Shown one piece after another: positions 1-9,133 of a stretch of DNA of 64,000 nucleotides. The notes beneath the pieces were generated by a model. It had not been told where the DNA came from. It saw nothing but the letters and a program-made list of their open reading frames with translations, and did no database searches. Every line of letters starts with the position of its first letter. Positions within the stretch are counted from its first letter, which is position 1. The position numbers and the translations under genes are program-made. The stretch comes from a phage: NCBI GenBank assembly GCA_032986305.1, contig GCA_032986305.1_3672.1. One strand, 5' to 3'.

Positions 1-1163
1 CTAAACTCTTCACCAAACTCTTTTACAATCTTCATCAGGTTCGGGTATGCCTTGATCAGCCGAGCAACAATCTTGTCACGCCCTTTACCGATAAGCAAGG
101 CATTTCCTAAGGCATTAGGTTTCATCATCGCCATAAAGACTGAGAATACAAAATCTCGGTTCTCGTCCTTGAAGTTTTCCCAAAGGAAATCGAGGAAGTT
201 TGCCACACAGCTAACAAGATCTTCGTCGGAGATACTTGCATTTTCCATCATATTACGAATAGCGATACAACCTTCAGATCCAAGAATCCACAAGATGTCT
301 GGCTGTTTAGGGCCTACGTATTCTTTGCAACCTCCTGCCATAATCCGACCGATTTCCGGTAAGTTGCGTTTCTTGGTGTGGTAAGTCCAGATCTCTACCG
401 CTGCAGTGTGACCAATAGCACCTTGCAGAAGAACACGGGCCATAGCGTCAGAAATAATACCGCTGTCAAAATCGTGCAAGATATCAGATGCAGCAACCCA
501 AGATCGCGGTGTGGCAAAAGATGGACAATTAATCTCAGCCATAGCCTCATAATTATCGATAGCTGATGGAACTCTTTTCAGATATCCAATTACAGAGGAG
601 TGCACCCCATTAAGGAATGCGTAGTCCTCAATAAACACCTCTGCATTACTTGTAACTTCTACAATGATAAAGCGGTTAGCCAGAGGGGCTTCAAGCGCCG
701 AAAGAACAGCACCATCTGTAGAACGGTTACCTGCAGCTACAAAAACAGAGCCCTTAGGGAATGCATAGGTGCCGCACTTGTGGTCGAGCATAATCTGCAT
801 TGCAACCTTTTGCAGATAGTTATCTGCATGAGTAAGCTCATCCAGAAAGATAATCCCGCTCCAGTCCGGATCTGCAGGCCAAAATTCTGGAATTGCAAAC
901 ACTGTACGTGTAGTTCCATCCGCTTCTACAGGGATAGGTAGCCCAGATAAGTCGGCAGGATCTTTATCCGACAGTCGCACGTCAACCAGGTTGTCATCTC
1001 GCTCACCGAACATATTATCGGCGATCTGCTTCATCACCTGGCTCTTCCCCACACCTATTGGTCCTAAAATCAGGACAGATCGGTTATGACGCTGGGCAAA
1101 CTGAATGATAGCTGGCAACTCACGGACAGTGATTTGACCACTTTCAAATACGTTTCTTGACAT
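1..1163 (-). CDS. MoxR-like AAA+ ATPase (AAA_5-type), partial: start at 1161-1163, 3' end runs off the window
   Basis: Hand translation of the minus strand from ATG 1163-1161 gives MSRNVFESGQITVRELPAIIQFAQRHNRSVLILGPIGVGKS (Walker A GPIGVGKS) and later IIFLDELTHAD (Walker B); no stop before position 1. Start overlaps the upstream stop (TAATG). Not in the ORF track because it has no in-window stop; plus ORFs 52-941 are its antisense shadows. Confidence 0.75.
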   Translation of the reverse strand, partial: MSRNVFESGQITVRELPAIIQFAQRHNRSVLILGPIGVGKSQVMKQIADNMFGERDDNLVDVRLSDKDPADLSGLPIPVEADGTTRTVFAIPEFWPADPDWSGIIFLDELTHADNYLQKVAMQIMLDHKCGTYAFPKGSVFVAAGNRSTDGAVLSALEAPLANRFIIVEVTSNAEVFIEDYAFLNGVHSSVIGYLKRVPSAIDNYEAMAEINCPSFATPRSWVAASDILHDFDSGIISDAMARVLLQGAIGHTAAVEIWTYHTKKRNLPEIGRIMAGGCKEYVGPKQPDILWILGSEGCIAIRNMMENASISDEDLVSCVANFLDFLWENFKDENRDFVFSVFMAMMKPNALGNALLIGKGRDKIVARLIKAYPNLMKIVKEFGEEF

Positions 1164-1468
1164 TAGTAAAAGTCCTCTACTTGTGTGTAAGTGTTTTCAA
1201 AGTTTTCCAAAACAGATGTCACATCGGATCTGTCAATATCGTACACAACTTCCCAGTTGTATGCAACCCTTTCTGCTGTCGCCTCTTCAGGACTTAGCCG
1301 CCTGCTGGGGTGAAAGAATGCTGGAGTGCACCTTCTTAGTTGTCTTCCGGTTTTCCCATAACAATATCTGTGGATAACTTTGTCAAAATTTAACTCTTTT
1401 TCTGCACAAAGTTCGTGTTTCTGGTATAACATGTTTATTACTCTTCTAAGCGGCATCCCTGCCCCCAT
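1163..1468 (-). CDS. hypothetical protein (101 aa)
   Basis: ORF in a compact co-oriented minus-strand array; its stop overlaps the ATPase start. Confidence 0.5.
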   Translation of the reverse strand: MGAGMPLRRVINMLYQKHELCAEKELNFDKVIHRYCYGKTGRQLRRCTPAFFHPSRRLSPEEATAERVAYNWEVVYDIDRSDVTSVLENFENTYTQVEDFY

Positions 1469-1471
1469 CTG

Positions 1472-1852
1472 CTAGAATGCAGTTCGAATCCAGACAAGGT
1501 TCTTATCTGCCCAATCATAGAGGCAAGTCATTGCGCTATTGAATTGCTCACACGGAGGATAATCTTCTTCCATCTGGCGCATAGCAGAGCCTTGCGGGTA
1601 AAGATCCCGTGCTGCAAGCCACGCATCGTAGTCATCCACGGTATCGAAGTAGTATACAACATCCTCCAGCTCAGGATCGAACTTTGAATTATCAGGATCC
1701 AGTTGTTCAGGGAACTTGGAGCGTAACTTGCCAGCCACAATGCTTGCCAACTCGCTAACATGCTTATTGTCCCACTCCACTAGTTTCCCGTCTTCAGTGA
1801 TGCGTCCTAACCACTGATCATGCAGGTCAACTGTTGTCTTCCACTGGGCCAT
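1472..1852 (-). CDS. hypothetical acidic protein (126 aa)
   Basis: ORF, D/E-rich, tightly packed with neighbours. Confidence 0.5.
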   Translation of the reverse strand: MAQWKTTVDLHDQWLGRITEDGKLVEWDNKHVSELASIVAGKLRSKFPEQLDPDNSKFDPELEDVVYYFDTVDDYDAWLAARDLYPQGSAMRQMEEDYPPCEQFNSAMTCLYDWADKNLVWIRTAF

Positions 1853-1854
1853 TA

Positions 1855-2112
1855 TCAGTTCACCTCTTCTTCTCGTTGTAGTTCAAGATACCCGTAGGTC
1901 TGGATATCTTGAAGGGTGTGGAACTCTCCATCTGCCGCTAAGGCACGAACAACTTGACACAAAACCTTATGAGGAACTTCATCCAGACCCAGATTCAGTG
2001 CAGGAAACACCTTATCTAAGTCAACAAAATAAACAAACTGTAGCTCACCAGCTTCAAAAGGTGTATCTTCAATAAACATCTTCTCGGCATTAGTCAAGAT
2101 CTGTACTTTCAT
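1855..2112 (-). CDS. hypothetical protein (85 aa)
   Basis: ORF, start abuts the stop of the upstream gene. Confidence 0.45.
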   Translation of the reverse strand: MKVQILTNAEKMFIEDTPFEAGELQFVYFVDLDKVFPALNLGLDEVPHKVLCQVVRALAADGEFHTLQDIQTYGYLELQREEEVN

Positions 2113-2468
2113 TATTCTACCTCCTCTTCTTTTTCTTCGGCATTAGTTTCAGTGCTACCCCACTCTGGAGTTTCCACCTCGATAGTAAACTCCCGCACTA
2201 CACGGTAATTACCCATGAAGCGCTCCACTTCGTCAAGGCTTACGGAGAGGCCATTGGCAACCAGGTCTGCAGCACCCTCTTCTACCAGGTAGTCCAGATT
2301 GGCTTCCAGAGCTTCAGGCTCAAACCCTGTCAATGCAATCAGATAACCTTCCCCTTCATCAGGGAGGACAATACAGCCCAACTGATTTTCTTTAAAAAGG
2401 CAGTGACCGTCATTATTGATTGGCTGTTCATTGCAGTAAATAGCTGCACGATAAGTAACTTTAGACAT
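2112..2468 (-). CDS. hypothetical highly acidic protein (118 aa)
   Basis: ORF with glutamate-rich C-terminus (EEKEEEVE). Confidence 0.5.
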   Translation of the reverse strand: MSKVTYRAAIYCNEQPINNDGHCLFKENQLGCIVLPDEGEGYLIALTGFEPEALEANLDYLVEEGAADLVANGLSVSLDEVERFMGNYRVVREFTIEVETPEWGSTETNAEEKEEEVE

Positions 2469-2480
2469 TGGTAGGCCTCC

Positions 2481-2759
2481 TTAGGCAACTGTCATTTTAC
2501 ATTCTTGAAATTTTAACACAAGACGGTGATTGTGTCTAGTGTCTAAAAAGATTTTTTCAACCATCAGGCACACGGTATAACCGTCCGTCTTGTTGACAAC
2601 AAAATCCCCAGGGTGAGGGAGAATGTCTCCGGGATTGGGGAAACATAACCCGCTCAAGAAGGCATCATAGGTGGTGGACTTAATGGATTTCCACACACTA
2701 TCTGCCTGAACACTCTCACCAACATAATATACACTACCACATGACTTCATCATAGTCAA
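2481..2759 (-). CDS. hypothetical protein (92 aa)
   Basis: ORF in the same array. Confidence 0.45.
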   Translation of the reverse strand: MTMMKSCGSVYYVGESVQADSVWKSIKSTTYDAFLSGLCFPNPGDILPHPGDFVVNKTDGYTVCLMVEKIFLDTRHNHRLVLKFQECKMTVA

Positions 2760-3655
2760 ATCTCCGCGTAAATTAAACTGGAATCAGTGTACTTCTTTAA
2801 CGGGTAAATATCCTGTCCATAGATGCCGTCATTAAACACCTCATCTACCCAAAGGCTACACTTATATCCCATCATCTCTAAAACACCCATCTCTTCTTCG
2901 GTAAACTTATCACCGCTCTTGCAAGATGTCAACACCTCATTCTGTACTCTTGATACCTCGAAGCGGTTATTGGCAATATCACTATTGGCAATCAAATACT
3001 CACCTAAAGGGTGTGCAGCATTAAAGATGCACAGTGGACGGTTGACGTAATAGTCTCCCGGTGTATAAAAATTGTTGAGATCCTTCACCAGAACATTCTT
3101 ATCAGTCACTTCATTTATAACATCATGCATATCACACATCTTTATATGTTTGAGGATTCCATCCCCCATCACAAAATAAAAACTTGCTGAGACACTCTCG
3201 GCATAGATCTTACTAGATCCGTTGTAGTTGTATTTTACGCGAATGCTTACAGGGGTTTTGCCTGTCGCGTTAGCCATCATCCAAAGGAACGGAAGTTCAA
3301 ACTTCTCCTCTGAGGAAACAAAAGGTGAAGTTGCCAGAGATCGGAAACCACCAGAGAAGTTGAAAGTTACAGAGCCGCTCCGGCGATATGATACCGCATA
3401 TTCTACTTTTATATCGACATAGCCGTTGGAGTAAGTGTGGCCTCCATTATCCAGATATGTCCACTTATCAGATCCGGATACCAGCCTACGCTCAATAACC
3501 TTCATTACTATAGGAATTAGCGGGTTGGTACAAACCGATTTTGAAGTAGCTTTATCATCCAAAGCCTCGTAAATTGCAGAAAGGATATCACCTGCTGAGA
3601 GATTGGTTGTGATATCTTGTTTCCACCGAGTGCTAAAGCTGTTAAGATTTGCCAT
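2756..3655 (-). CDS. hypothetical protein (299 aa)
   Basis: ORF track 2756..3697 trimmed to the Met (MANLNSF) that is preceded by AGGAG. Confidence 0.55.
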   Translation of the reverse strand: MANLNSFSTRWKQDITTNLSAGDILSAIYEALDDKATSKSVCTNPLIPIVMKVIERRLVSGSDKWTYLDNGGHTYSNGYVDIKVEYAVSYRRSGSVTFNFSGGFRSLATSPFVSSEEKFELPFLWMMANATGKTPVSIRVKYNYNGSSKIYAESVSASFYFVMGDGILKHIKMCDMHDVINEVTDKNVLVKDLNNFYTPGDYYVNRPLCIFNAAHPLGEYLIANSDIANNRFEVSRVQNEVLTSCKSGDKFTEEEMGVLEMMGYKCSLWVDEVFNDGIYGQDIYPLKKYTDSSLIYAEI

Positions 3656-3737
3656 GATTAAGTGCTCCTGTGTTCGTTTTCTTTCGAATGGGTGCACTAT
3701 ATCGTGGATTTATAGTAAAGTCAACACGTTTTTGAGG

Positions 3738-3766
3738 TTGACATCTGCCGAGGCACTTGATAAGAT
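3738..3766 (+). promoter_or_regulatory. sigma70-like promoter for the rightward early-like operon
   Basis: TTGACA (3738-3743), 17-nt spacer, TAAGAT (3761-3766); lies in the divergent intergenic region upstream of the 3798 start. Confidence 0.5.
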
Positions 3767-3797
3767 TTCTTCACCTACAGGGCACAAGAGACAACTT

Positions 3798-4787
3798 ATG
3801 AATCTTGAAAAATATTATACACCAGAAGAGTTAGAGCGCCTGCTCAAAAAATACAGACGCAAACAAAATAATGCACGGAAACGAGATATAGAGTTCAACC
3901 TGTCATGGGAAGAATACCTCCTATTTGGTAAAAAACTTTTAGGAGAGGGGGTATGCGACTATACCCTTATACCTTTCGACATGCACACAGATGAAAACGG
4001 GCTGGGGAATCCTTTCTACCCATCTCTGGAGCGGATAGATGATGAAGGTCCTTACGCAATTGATAACTGTTGTGTGGTAGGATTGAGGTGTAACTCTCTG
4101 AAAGACTGCCTGGTAGATAAAAAGACCGCAATCTTGATTAAAGACAAAACTGATCGAAAAATTGTCCAGCAGATGATGCTCCACCTGAGCGAAGAGCGCA
4201 TGGAGAAATTGAAAGGTGATTACACTTTTGAAGATTTCATCTTGCAATATGGGACGGAAGAGGATAAACTGGCACTCTTTGACGAAGAATGGGAGGAAGA
4301 TATGTCACCAATGCAGGATTTTAAAAACTTCATGGCTAACCGTGGAGCCAACAAGCACATTTCTGACATTGTAAACGAGCCTGCAGTAGAGGAGATTAAA
4401 GAAGTGGCGCAACAGGCTTACGAAGAGGAAAAAGAGCCTCAAGGGGACGAAGAAGAGCTCACAGAAGAGGTTCCTGCACTGCCTGACGATGTTGAGATTG
4501 CCAAAGCTTACACTTTCTATTGTCAGACGTTCTACGATGCAGGTATGAAAGTTGATCTGTCATTCAGTCAATTTAAGAGCACGTACATTCGAAAATGTTG
4601 TGCTTTAACTGGTGAGCGTCTCGGGGTCGGACTTAAACCACTATTAGTGACCGACTGGAATAAAGGTTTCACCAAGGGTAACTTTATGGTAGTATCTCCA
4701 ATTATGGAGAAAGCTATGACAGATCTTATGAAGACCACCCGCATGACAATGACCGAGTTGGCAGGTATTTTCAAGCACGTTAAATAA
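3798..4787 (+). CDS. protein with two tandem HNH_3-like modules separated by an acidic linker
   Basis: N-terminal ARKRDIEFNLSWEEY ... CDYTLIP ... PSLERIDDEGPYAIDNCCVV and C-terminal VDLSFSQF ... CALTGERL ... LVTDWNKGFTKGNFMVV repeat the same pattern. Start moved from 3603 to ATG 3798 (MNLEKYY), downstream of the promoter and clear of the leftward gene. Confidence 0.55.
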   Translation: MNLEKYYTPEELERLLKKYRRKQNNARKRDIEFNLSWEEYLLFGKKLLGEGVCDYTLIPFDMHTDENGLGNPFYPSLERIDDEGPYAIDNCCVVGLRCNSLKDCLVDKKTAILIKDKTDRKIVQQMMLHLSEERMEKLKGDYTFEDFILQYGTEEDKLALFDEEWEEDMSPMQDFKNFMANRGANKHISDIVNEPAVEEIKEVAQQAYEEEKEPQGDEEELTEEVPALPDDVEIAKAYTFYCQTFYDAGMKVDLSFSQFKSTYIRKCCALTGERLGVGLKPLLVTDWNKGFTKGNFMVVSPIMEKAMTDLMKTTRMTMTELAGIFKHVK

Positions 4788-4800
4788 TGACAGGGGGCCA

Positions 4801-6282
4801 ATGGCCCCTTCTGGAGTTTTAATGGATAGCAGAAGTTCAGAAATCATTGCCTCACAGAAAGATGATGCCCTGAGAATGTTGCAGGCTGCACGTATGTATC
4901 TCCTTGAAAAGCTGCCGTTTTATGGCACACTATTGTCAGGGTTGCAGTTCGTAGAAAACCACACATGGTGCTCCACCATGGCAACCGACCATAAACGCAT
5001 TTATTACAGTCCCGAGTTCATTATGGGGTTGGCTGATGAACGCAAGGCTATTCTTAAGGCTTCTCTAACTGACGAGCAGTTTGAGATGGCTGAGGTTTTC
5101 TATTCCCCAAAATCTGTGAAAGAGGTGGCCTTTCTTCTGTCGCATGAGGTGGGGCATATTATCTGTGATCACCTGGTCCGTGGTAAAAGCTTTGAGCCGG
5201 AACTGTTCAATATTGCTTGTGATCACGTTATCAACACAGGACTTGTGGTTGACTTTAGCAAACCTCCCTGTGTTTTCTTCCCGAAGGGGAAAAGCACTAC
5301 GTTCGTAAAAGGTAAGCCTTTTGGTTTCTTAGCCAGCTGCTACTGCGACATGAGGTTTCATGGATGGATTGCTGAGAACGTCTATGCAGTTCTTGATAAG
5401 CAAAGAGATCAGAATAACGGTAAAAATAAGAGCGGTAAAGGTGAGAACTCTCAAGGAGATAAGCGACAAACAGATGATCACATGAGTGGGAACGGTGGTA
5501 CCAGTGATGATCTTGGAAAGGCTATGGGGTATGATCAGCCACAACCTGTAATCAGCCAATCTGATAAAGATCAGGCCATGCAGGACTCTGGTGATATGCT
5601 GGAGGCAGCAATGCAAGCGTCCGGAGGCCGTTGCCCTGAGGCTGTGCGTGAGTTTGTCAAGAACAGGGGTAAGCCTGTAATCAACTATATAGACATCATT
5701 AAGCAACGCATGTTGTCTAAAAGAAAGGCCGAACTGACCTACAGAAAACCTGGTCGCCGATCTGGGTCTTTGACCAGCACAATGCGAAAAGTTGGGGCTA
5801 TAAACAAGAACCAGCACGTTATTGTTCCTGGTCGTAACCCGGAAAACACCATAGATATTGTGGTAGCTTTAGACGTTTCTGGCTCGATCTCTCAAAGAAC
5901 TTTAAAGAAAATGTTCAATGAAATCACCGGATTGTGCAATCTGTATAAAGAGTTTAAGGTTACAATGTTCTGTTGGTCAACTGAAGTCGGAGAGGTTAAA
6001 GTATATACTCGCGGCAACATAGACGAAATGATCAACTATGAGGTCCACTCAACATGGGGCACAACAGCTGCTTGCGTGTTCGAGTATCTGGATGCCAACA
6101 TACCGAATGCAAAAGATGTCATCGTCCTGACCGACCTATACTTTGAGCATAACTTTGAACAAAAGGCTGTTGACAACAAGTGGAAAAAGTACGATACTTT
6201 ATGGGTTCTCACTGAAGGGTATAATAAAAATTATATCCCGAGCTTTGGGAAAACTGTGGAATTAATCGAGTACGCTAAGTAA
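4801..6282 (+). CDS. metallopeptidase-like (HExxH) plus von Willebrand factor A domain protein, MoxR-partner type
   Basis: HEVGHIICDH motif in the N-terminal half, low-complexity linker, C-terminal IVVALDVSGSIS (DxSGS MIDAS motif). True start may be 4801 or the Met at about 4822. Confidence 0.75.
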   Translation: MAPSGVLMDSRSSEIIASQKDDALRMLQAARMYLLEKLPFYGTLLSGLQFVENHTWCSTMATDHKRIYYSPEFIMGLADERKAILKASLTDEQFEMAEVFYSPKSVKEVAFLLSHEVGHIICDHLVRGKSFEPELFNIACDHVINTGLVVDFSKPPCVFFPKGKSTTFVKGKPFGFLASCYCDMRFHGWIAENVYAVLDKQRDQNNGKNKSGKGENSQGDKRQTDDHMSGNGGTSDDLGKAMGYDQPQPVISQSDKDQAMQDSGDMLEAAMQASGGRCPEAVREFVKNRGKPVINYIDIIKQRMLSKRKAELTYRKPGRRSGSLTSTMRKVGAINKNQHVIVPGRNPENTIDIVVALDVSGSISQRTLKKMFNEITGLCNLYKEFKVTMFCWSTEVGEVKVYTRGNIDEMINYEVHSTWGTTAACVFEYLDANIPNAKDVIVLTDLYFEHNFEQKAVDNKWKKYDTLWVLTEGYNKNYIPSFGKTVELIEYAK

Positions 6283-6288
6283 GAGAGG

Positions 6289-6555
6289 ATGTTATTTATG
6301 GCAACAGAGGTAGTGATCAAAGCTGAACGCCCAGTTAAAAAAGCTATCAACACATTCCCTGTAGGAACAATTGTGAGCATGATCACAGAGTCAGGTCGTG
6401 TATCTACGCTACTGATTGTGAAATCTGCATGTTCTTCTTGTGTGTGGGCTTACGATCTGGACGAGAAAGAACTAAAAGATTTTGTTGGGGAGCTGAAAGC
6501 AACCGAGCTTGATGCTCGTATCGAAGTATTTGGTGAAACTATGGAGGAAGAGTAA
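6289..6555 (+). CDS. hypothetical protein (88 aa)
   Basis: ORF in a tightly packed plus-strand array. Confidence 0.4.
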   Translation: MLFMATEVVIKAERPVKKAINTFPVGTIVSMITESGRVSTLLIVKSACSSCVWAYDLDEKELKDFVGELKATELDARIEVFGETMEEE

Positions 6556-6818
6556 TGACCACAAAAATCACCATCGCAGAACCGAAAGCTAACACTCAAC
6601 CTATCGAAAAGTTTAAGTGCGGTGAGGTGGTAACATTCACACCAGATAATGAAGATGCTAAGATTTTCGCAATGGTCACAGCTGAGTGGATGTGTGACAA
6701 CACCACACAGGTACTACGTTTCGATACCTACCTCACAGATGAGATCCGAAACGATAAGATCGTGACAGGTGTGGACACTGAAATTATTTTCTACAAGAGC
6801 TTTTTAGAGGGTTTCTGA
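6555..6818 (+). CDS. hypothetical protein (87 aa)
   Basis: ORF, start overlaps upstream stop. Confidence 0.4.
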   Translation: MTTKITIAEPKANTQPIEKFKCGEVVTFTPDNEDAKIFAMVTAEWMCDNTTQVLRFDTYLTDEIRNDKIVTGVDTEIIFYKSFLEGF

Positions 6819-6819
6819 T

Positions 6820-7053
6820 ATGGCAAAAATTCGTAAATTATCCAGCAATCAGGTTGTGAAAGACTTTGAATCTGGAGAGATTCTGTATGTTCGTGATGCA
6901 GATGACGAAGGTGAAGATCTTGTTATGTTGGTGGGGCACGCTGAGGACGGATGCATCCAAGCTGTTTTTCTTGAAACAGCTATGGTGCACTGGATAGAGC
7001 TGGACTTGAAAGCACGAAAACCTAAAGCAGAAATCCTGATTTACGAAGATTAA
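6820..7053 (+). CDS. hypothetical protein (77 aa)
   Basis: ORF in array. Confidence 0.4.
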   Translation: MAKIRKLSSNQVVKDFESGEILYVRDADDEGEDLVMLVGHAEDGCIQAVFLETAMVHWIELDLKARKPKAEILIYED

Positions 7054-7069
7054 CAAAAAGGAGATAGCC

Positions 7070-7519
7070 GTGTTGAGCAAGCGTGAATGCGACAGCATTA
7101 GCCTGAATTCTTATAAGAAACAATGGTTTGGGGTAGAAGTTTGCCGACTGCGGCTAGGCTCCTACCTGAACTTCGTTTATTATGAGAGCGATAGTCGTAT
7201 CGTTTCTTATGAAGTGTTCTACACTAAGAACACCTTCGAACTGCGCCGTAAAGTGGATGGTGGGAGAACTACCACCCAGAATAATTGGGAAACTATCCTA
7301 CCTACAGATGTTATAGGAAGTCCCCTGAATGTATCTGAAGATGAAAATCTTATGGTTCATGCTATGATGGGACTTGACAGCTTAGAGCTGGCGATCTATG
7401 ATATGTCCATCGAAGCAGTTAAGCTGGACTACATCGAAAACACTTTAGAGGAAGGTATCAAGAAGTTTCTCAGTGAGAAATTAAAAGACCACTTTCATAA
7501 GGAGCTATATCTGTTATGA
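7070..7519 (+). CDS. hypothetical protein (149 aa, GTG start)
   Basis: AAGGAG precedes GTG at 7070. Confidence 0.45.
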   Translation: MLSKRECDSISLNSYKKQWFGVEVCRLRLGSYLNFVYYESDSRIVSYEVFYTKNTFELRRKVDGGRTTTQNNWETILPTDVIGSPLNVSEDENLMVHAMMGLDSLELAIYDMSIEAVKLDYIENTLEEGIKKFLSEKLKDHFHKELYLL

Positions 7520-7761
7520 AGACCCGTAAAGAACGTAACAAAATTTTACCTGGAGCTCTCGAACACCTGATGAAGTGCAGATCTATTTGGCACTCTGCCA
7601 AGGAAGGGCAGAAGGTGGTTGTGGTCAGTGACAATACCAACCCGTTTGGAGATTATACCACCATGATGGCCCCATATGTCTGTGATGGTGTTGTAGAAGT
7701 GGTGCCTTACAACGGTTTGCATGAACGGCACTTTGAAAGCACTTTGCTGGTGGAGCTATAG
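7516..7761 (+). CDS. hypothetical protein (81 aa)
   Basis: ORF, 4-nt overlap with upstream gene. Confidence 0.4.
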   Translation: MKTRKERNKILPGALEHLMKCRSIWHSAKEGQKVVVVSDNTNPFGDYTTMMAPYVCDGVVEVVPYNGLHERHFESTLLVEL

Positions 7762-7763
7762 TC

Positions 7764-8330
7764 ATGGCTGTCAATGTGGCTTACAACACAGGAAAGCTTG
7801 ACAGAGACATTGGGTGTCTTGTCCTTTCAGATACAGAAGAGTATTGGGGTTATGGGTTGCTGTCAGACCCACACCCGAGCAACCTTGTATCAACAGTGCT
7901 ATACCGCTACGACCCTGTGCCAACGGTACACGACAAAGACATTCACGACCTTCGGATCAAGTGTCTGGAAGATCTGCTGAACAATGGTTGCAATGATCTG
8001 CGGGTAGCCAAAGAGAAGCTTACAAACATTCACAAAGAGGAAGTGATGAGCACCCTCAGTAAGAGATCAGTGCACAAAAAGATGATGCTGAACTTTGCAA
8101 TGGGTATCTACATGGACGGGTATAAGGGAGGTGATCCGATTCTCAAGCTTCGCTGCCCAACACTGTGGGAAAGGGTGGTTGACAGTAAGGACGGCACTGC
8201 CCTGCTTGAGCTTCACACTGCAGGTTGGATATGGCGGTATGTTGATGGATACCCTCTATGGGCATGTGGGCCTGGGGAATTTGTTGACAGGCCTAGTGCG
8301 GTGGTGGACTTGCTATTGCAGTTTGAATAA
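7764..8330 (+). CDS. hypothetical protein (188 aa)
   Basis: ORF in array. Confidence 0.45.
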   Translation: MAVNVAYNTGKLDRDIGCLVLSDTEEYWGYGLLSDPHPSNLVSTVLYRYDPVPTVHDKDIHDLRIKCLEDLLNNGCNDLRVAKEKLTNIHKEEVMSTLSKRSVHKKMMLNFAMGIYMDGYKGGDPILKLRCPTLWERVVDSKDGTALLELHTAGWIWRYVDGYPLWACGPGEFVDRPSAVVDLLLQFE

Positions 8331-8385
8331 AAGTGAGATATAAGGTGTTCATGCACCTACTAACAATACAACAAGAGAGACTGAG

Positions 8386-8661
8386 ATGACGAAAGAAGAA
8401 GCTGACGTATTAGACTTTGCACTGGAGGCTACGCAAGAGGCTCTGGTGTTAGCTTGGAAAATGAACCAGCGTGCTGCAGAATGCAACCGCCGAATCAATG
8501 AGATCCTAAGTATGTCTATGTATGATTTCACCATGCATGCCGGAGAGATTCCTGAATTAACTGCTGAGATGAATGATCTTGACGATAAAATTAATATCAT
8601 TCTGAAGACAGCAGAAACAACTCACCAAACCGCCCGTAAATTTATCAACGAGAAGGTGTGA
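8386..8661 (+). CDS. hypothetical protein (91 aa)
   Basis: ORF in array. Confidence 0.4.
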   Translation: MTKEEADVLDFALEATQEALVLAWKMNQRAAECNRRINEILSMSMYDFTMHAGEIPELTAEMNDLDDKINIILKTAETTHQTARKFINEKV

Positions 8662-9128
8662 ATATGGACTACAGCTACTGCGGGGAAGAGGTCCCTTTTA
8701 ACTACAGCAATCTTACCACAAGCAATCCATATGAGACTCGCCACGGAACACACATCATTGCCATTGACTTTGATGGAACTTTTAATGCGAGCCCTTTCAT
8801 CTTCTCCCGCCTGATCAGGGATCTGAAGAAGGAGGGGTGGACAGTCTACCTTGTGACTTTCCGATTCATTACTCAAGACAATGTAGACATTGAGTATTGG
8901 CGCAAGGAGCTCGATGTTGGTGTGTTTTATACTGGTGGTGTTCAGAAGGCAGCCTATCTGGCGCAGTTTGATATATACCCAGATATCTGGATTGATGATT
9001 CTCCGGCATGTATTCCGGCTAAGAATCAGTTAGAGTTTGCAATGAAGGAGATCGAGTATAAGTCTGAGGCTAAGAGGAACGGATGGCCCTTTATTATTGA
9101 AGATTACCCAGATCCTGAACCGGAGTAA
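8658..9128 (+). CDS. HAD-superfamily hydrolase-like protein (possible nucleotidase)
   Basis: HIIAIDFDGTF matches HAD motif I (DxDGT); IWIDDSP resembles motif IV. Confidence 0.55.
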   Translation: MNMDYSYCGEEVPFNYSNLTTSNPYETRHGTHIIAIDFDGTFNASPFIFSRLIRDLKKEGWTVYLVTFRFITQDNVDIEYWRKELDVGVFYTGGVQKAAYLAQFDIYPDIWIDDSPACIPAKNQLEFAMKEIEYKSEAKRNGWPFIIEDYPDPEPE

Positions 9129-9133
9129 GAGCC

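Noticed and set aside
52-941. Plus-strand ORFs 52..384, 378..566 and 600..941
   Set aside because: They lie antisense to a continuous minus-strand reading frame encoding an AAA+ ATPase with clear Walker A/B motifs.
3603-3797. Upstream extension of the HNH_3-like gene to the ORF-track start at 3603
   Set aside because: It would overlap the divergent 2756..3655 gene and the promoter at 3738-3766; the Met at 3798 is the first start downstream of the promoter.
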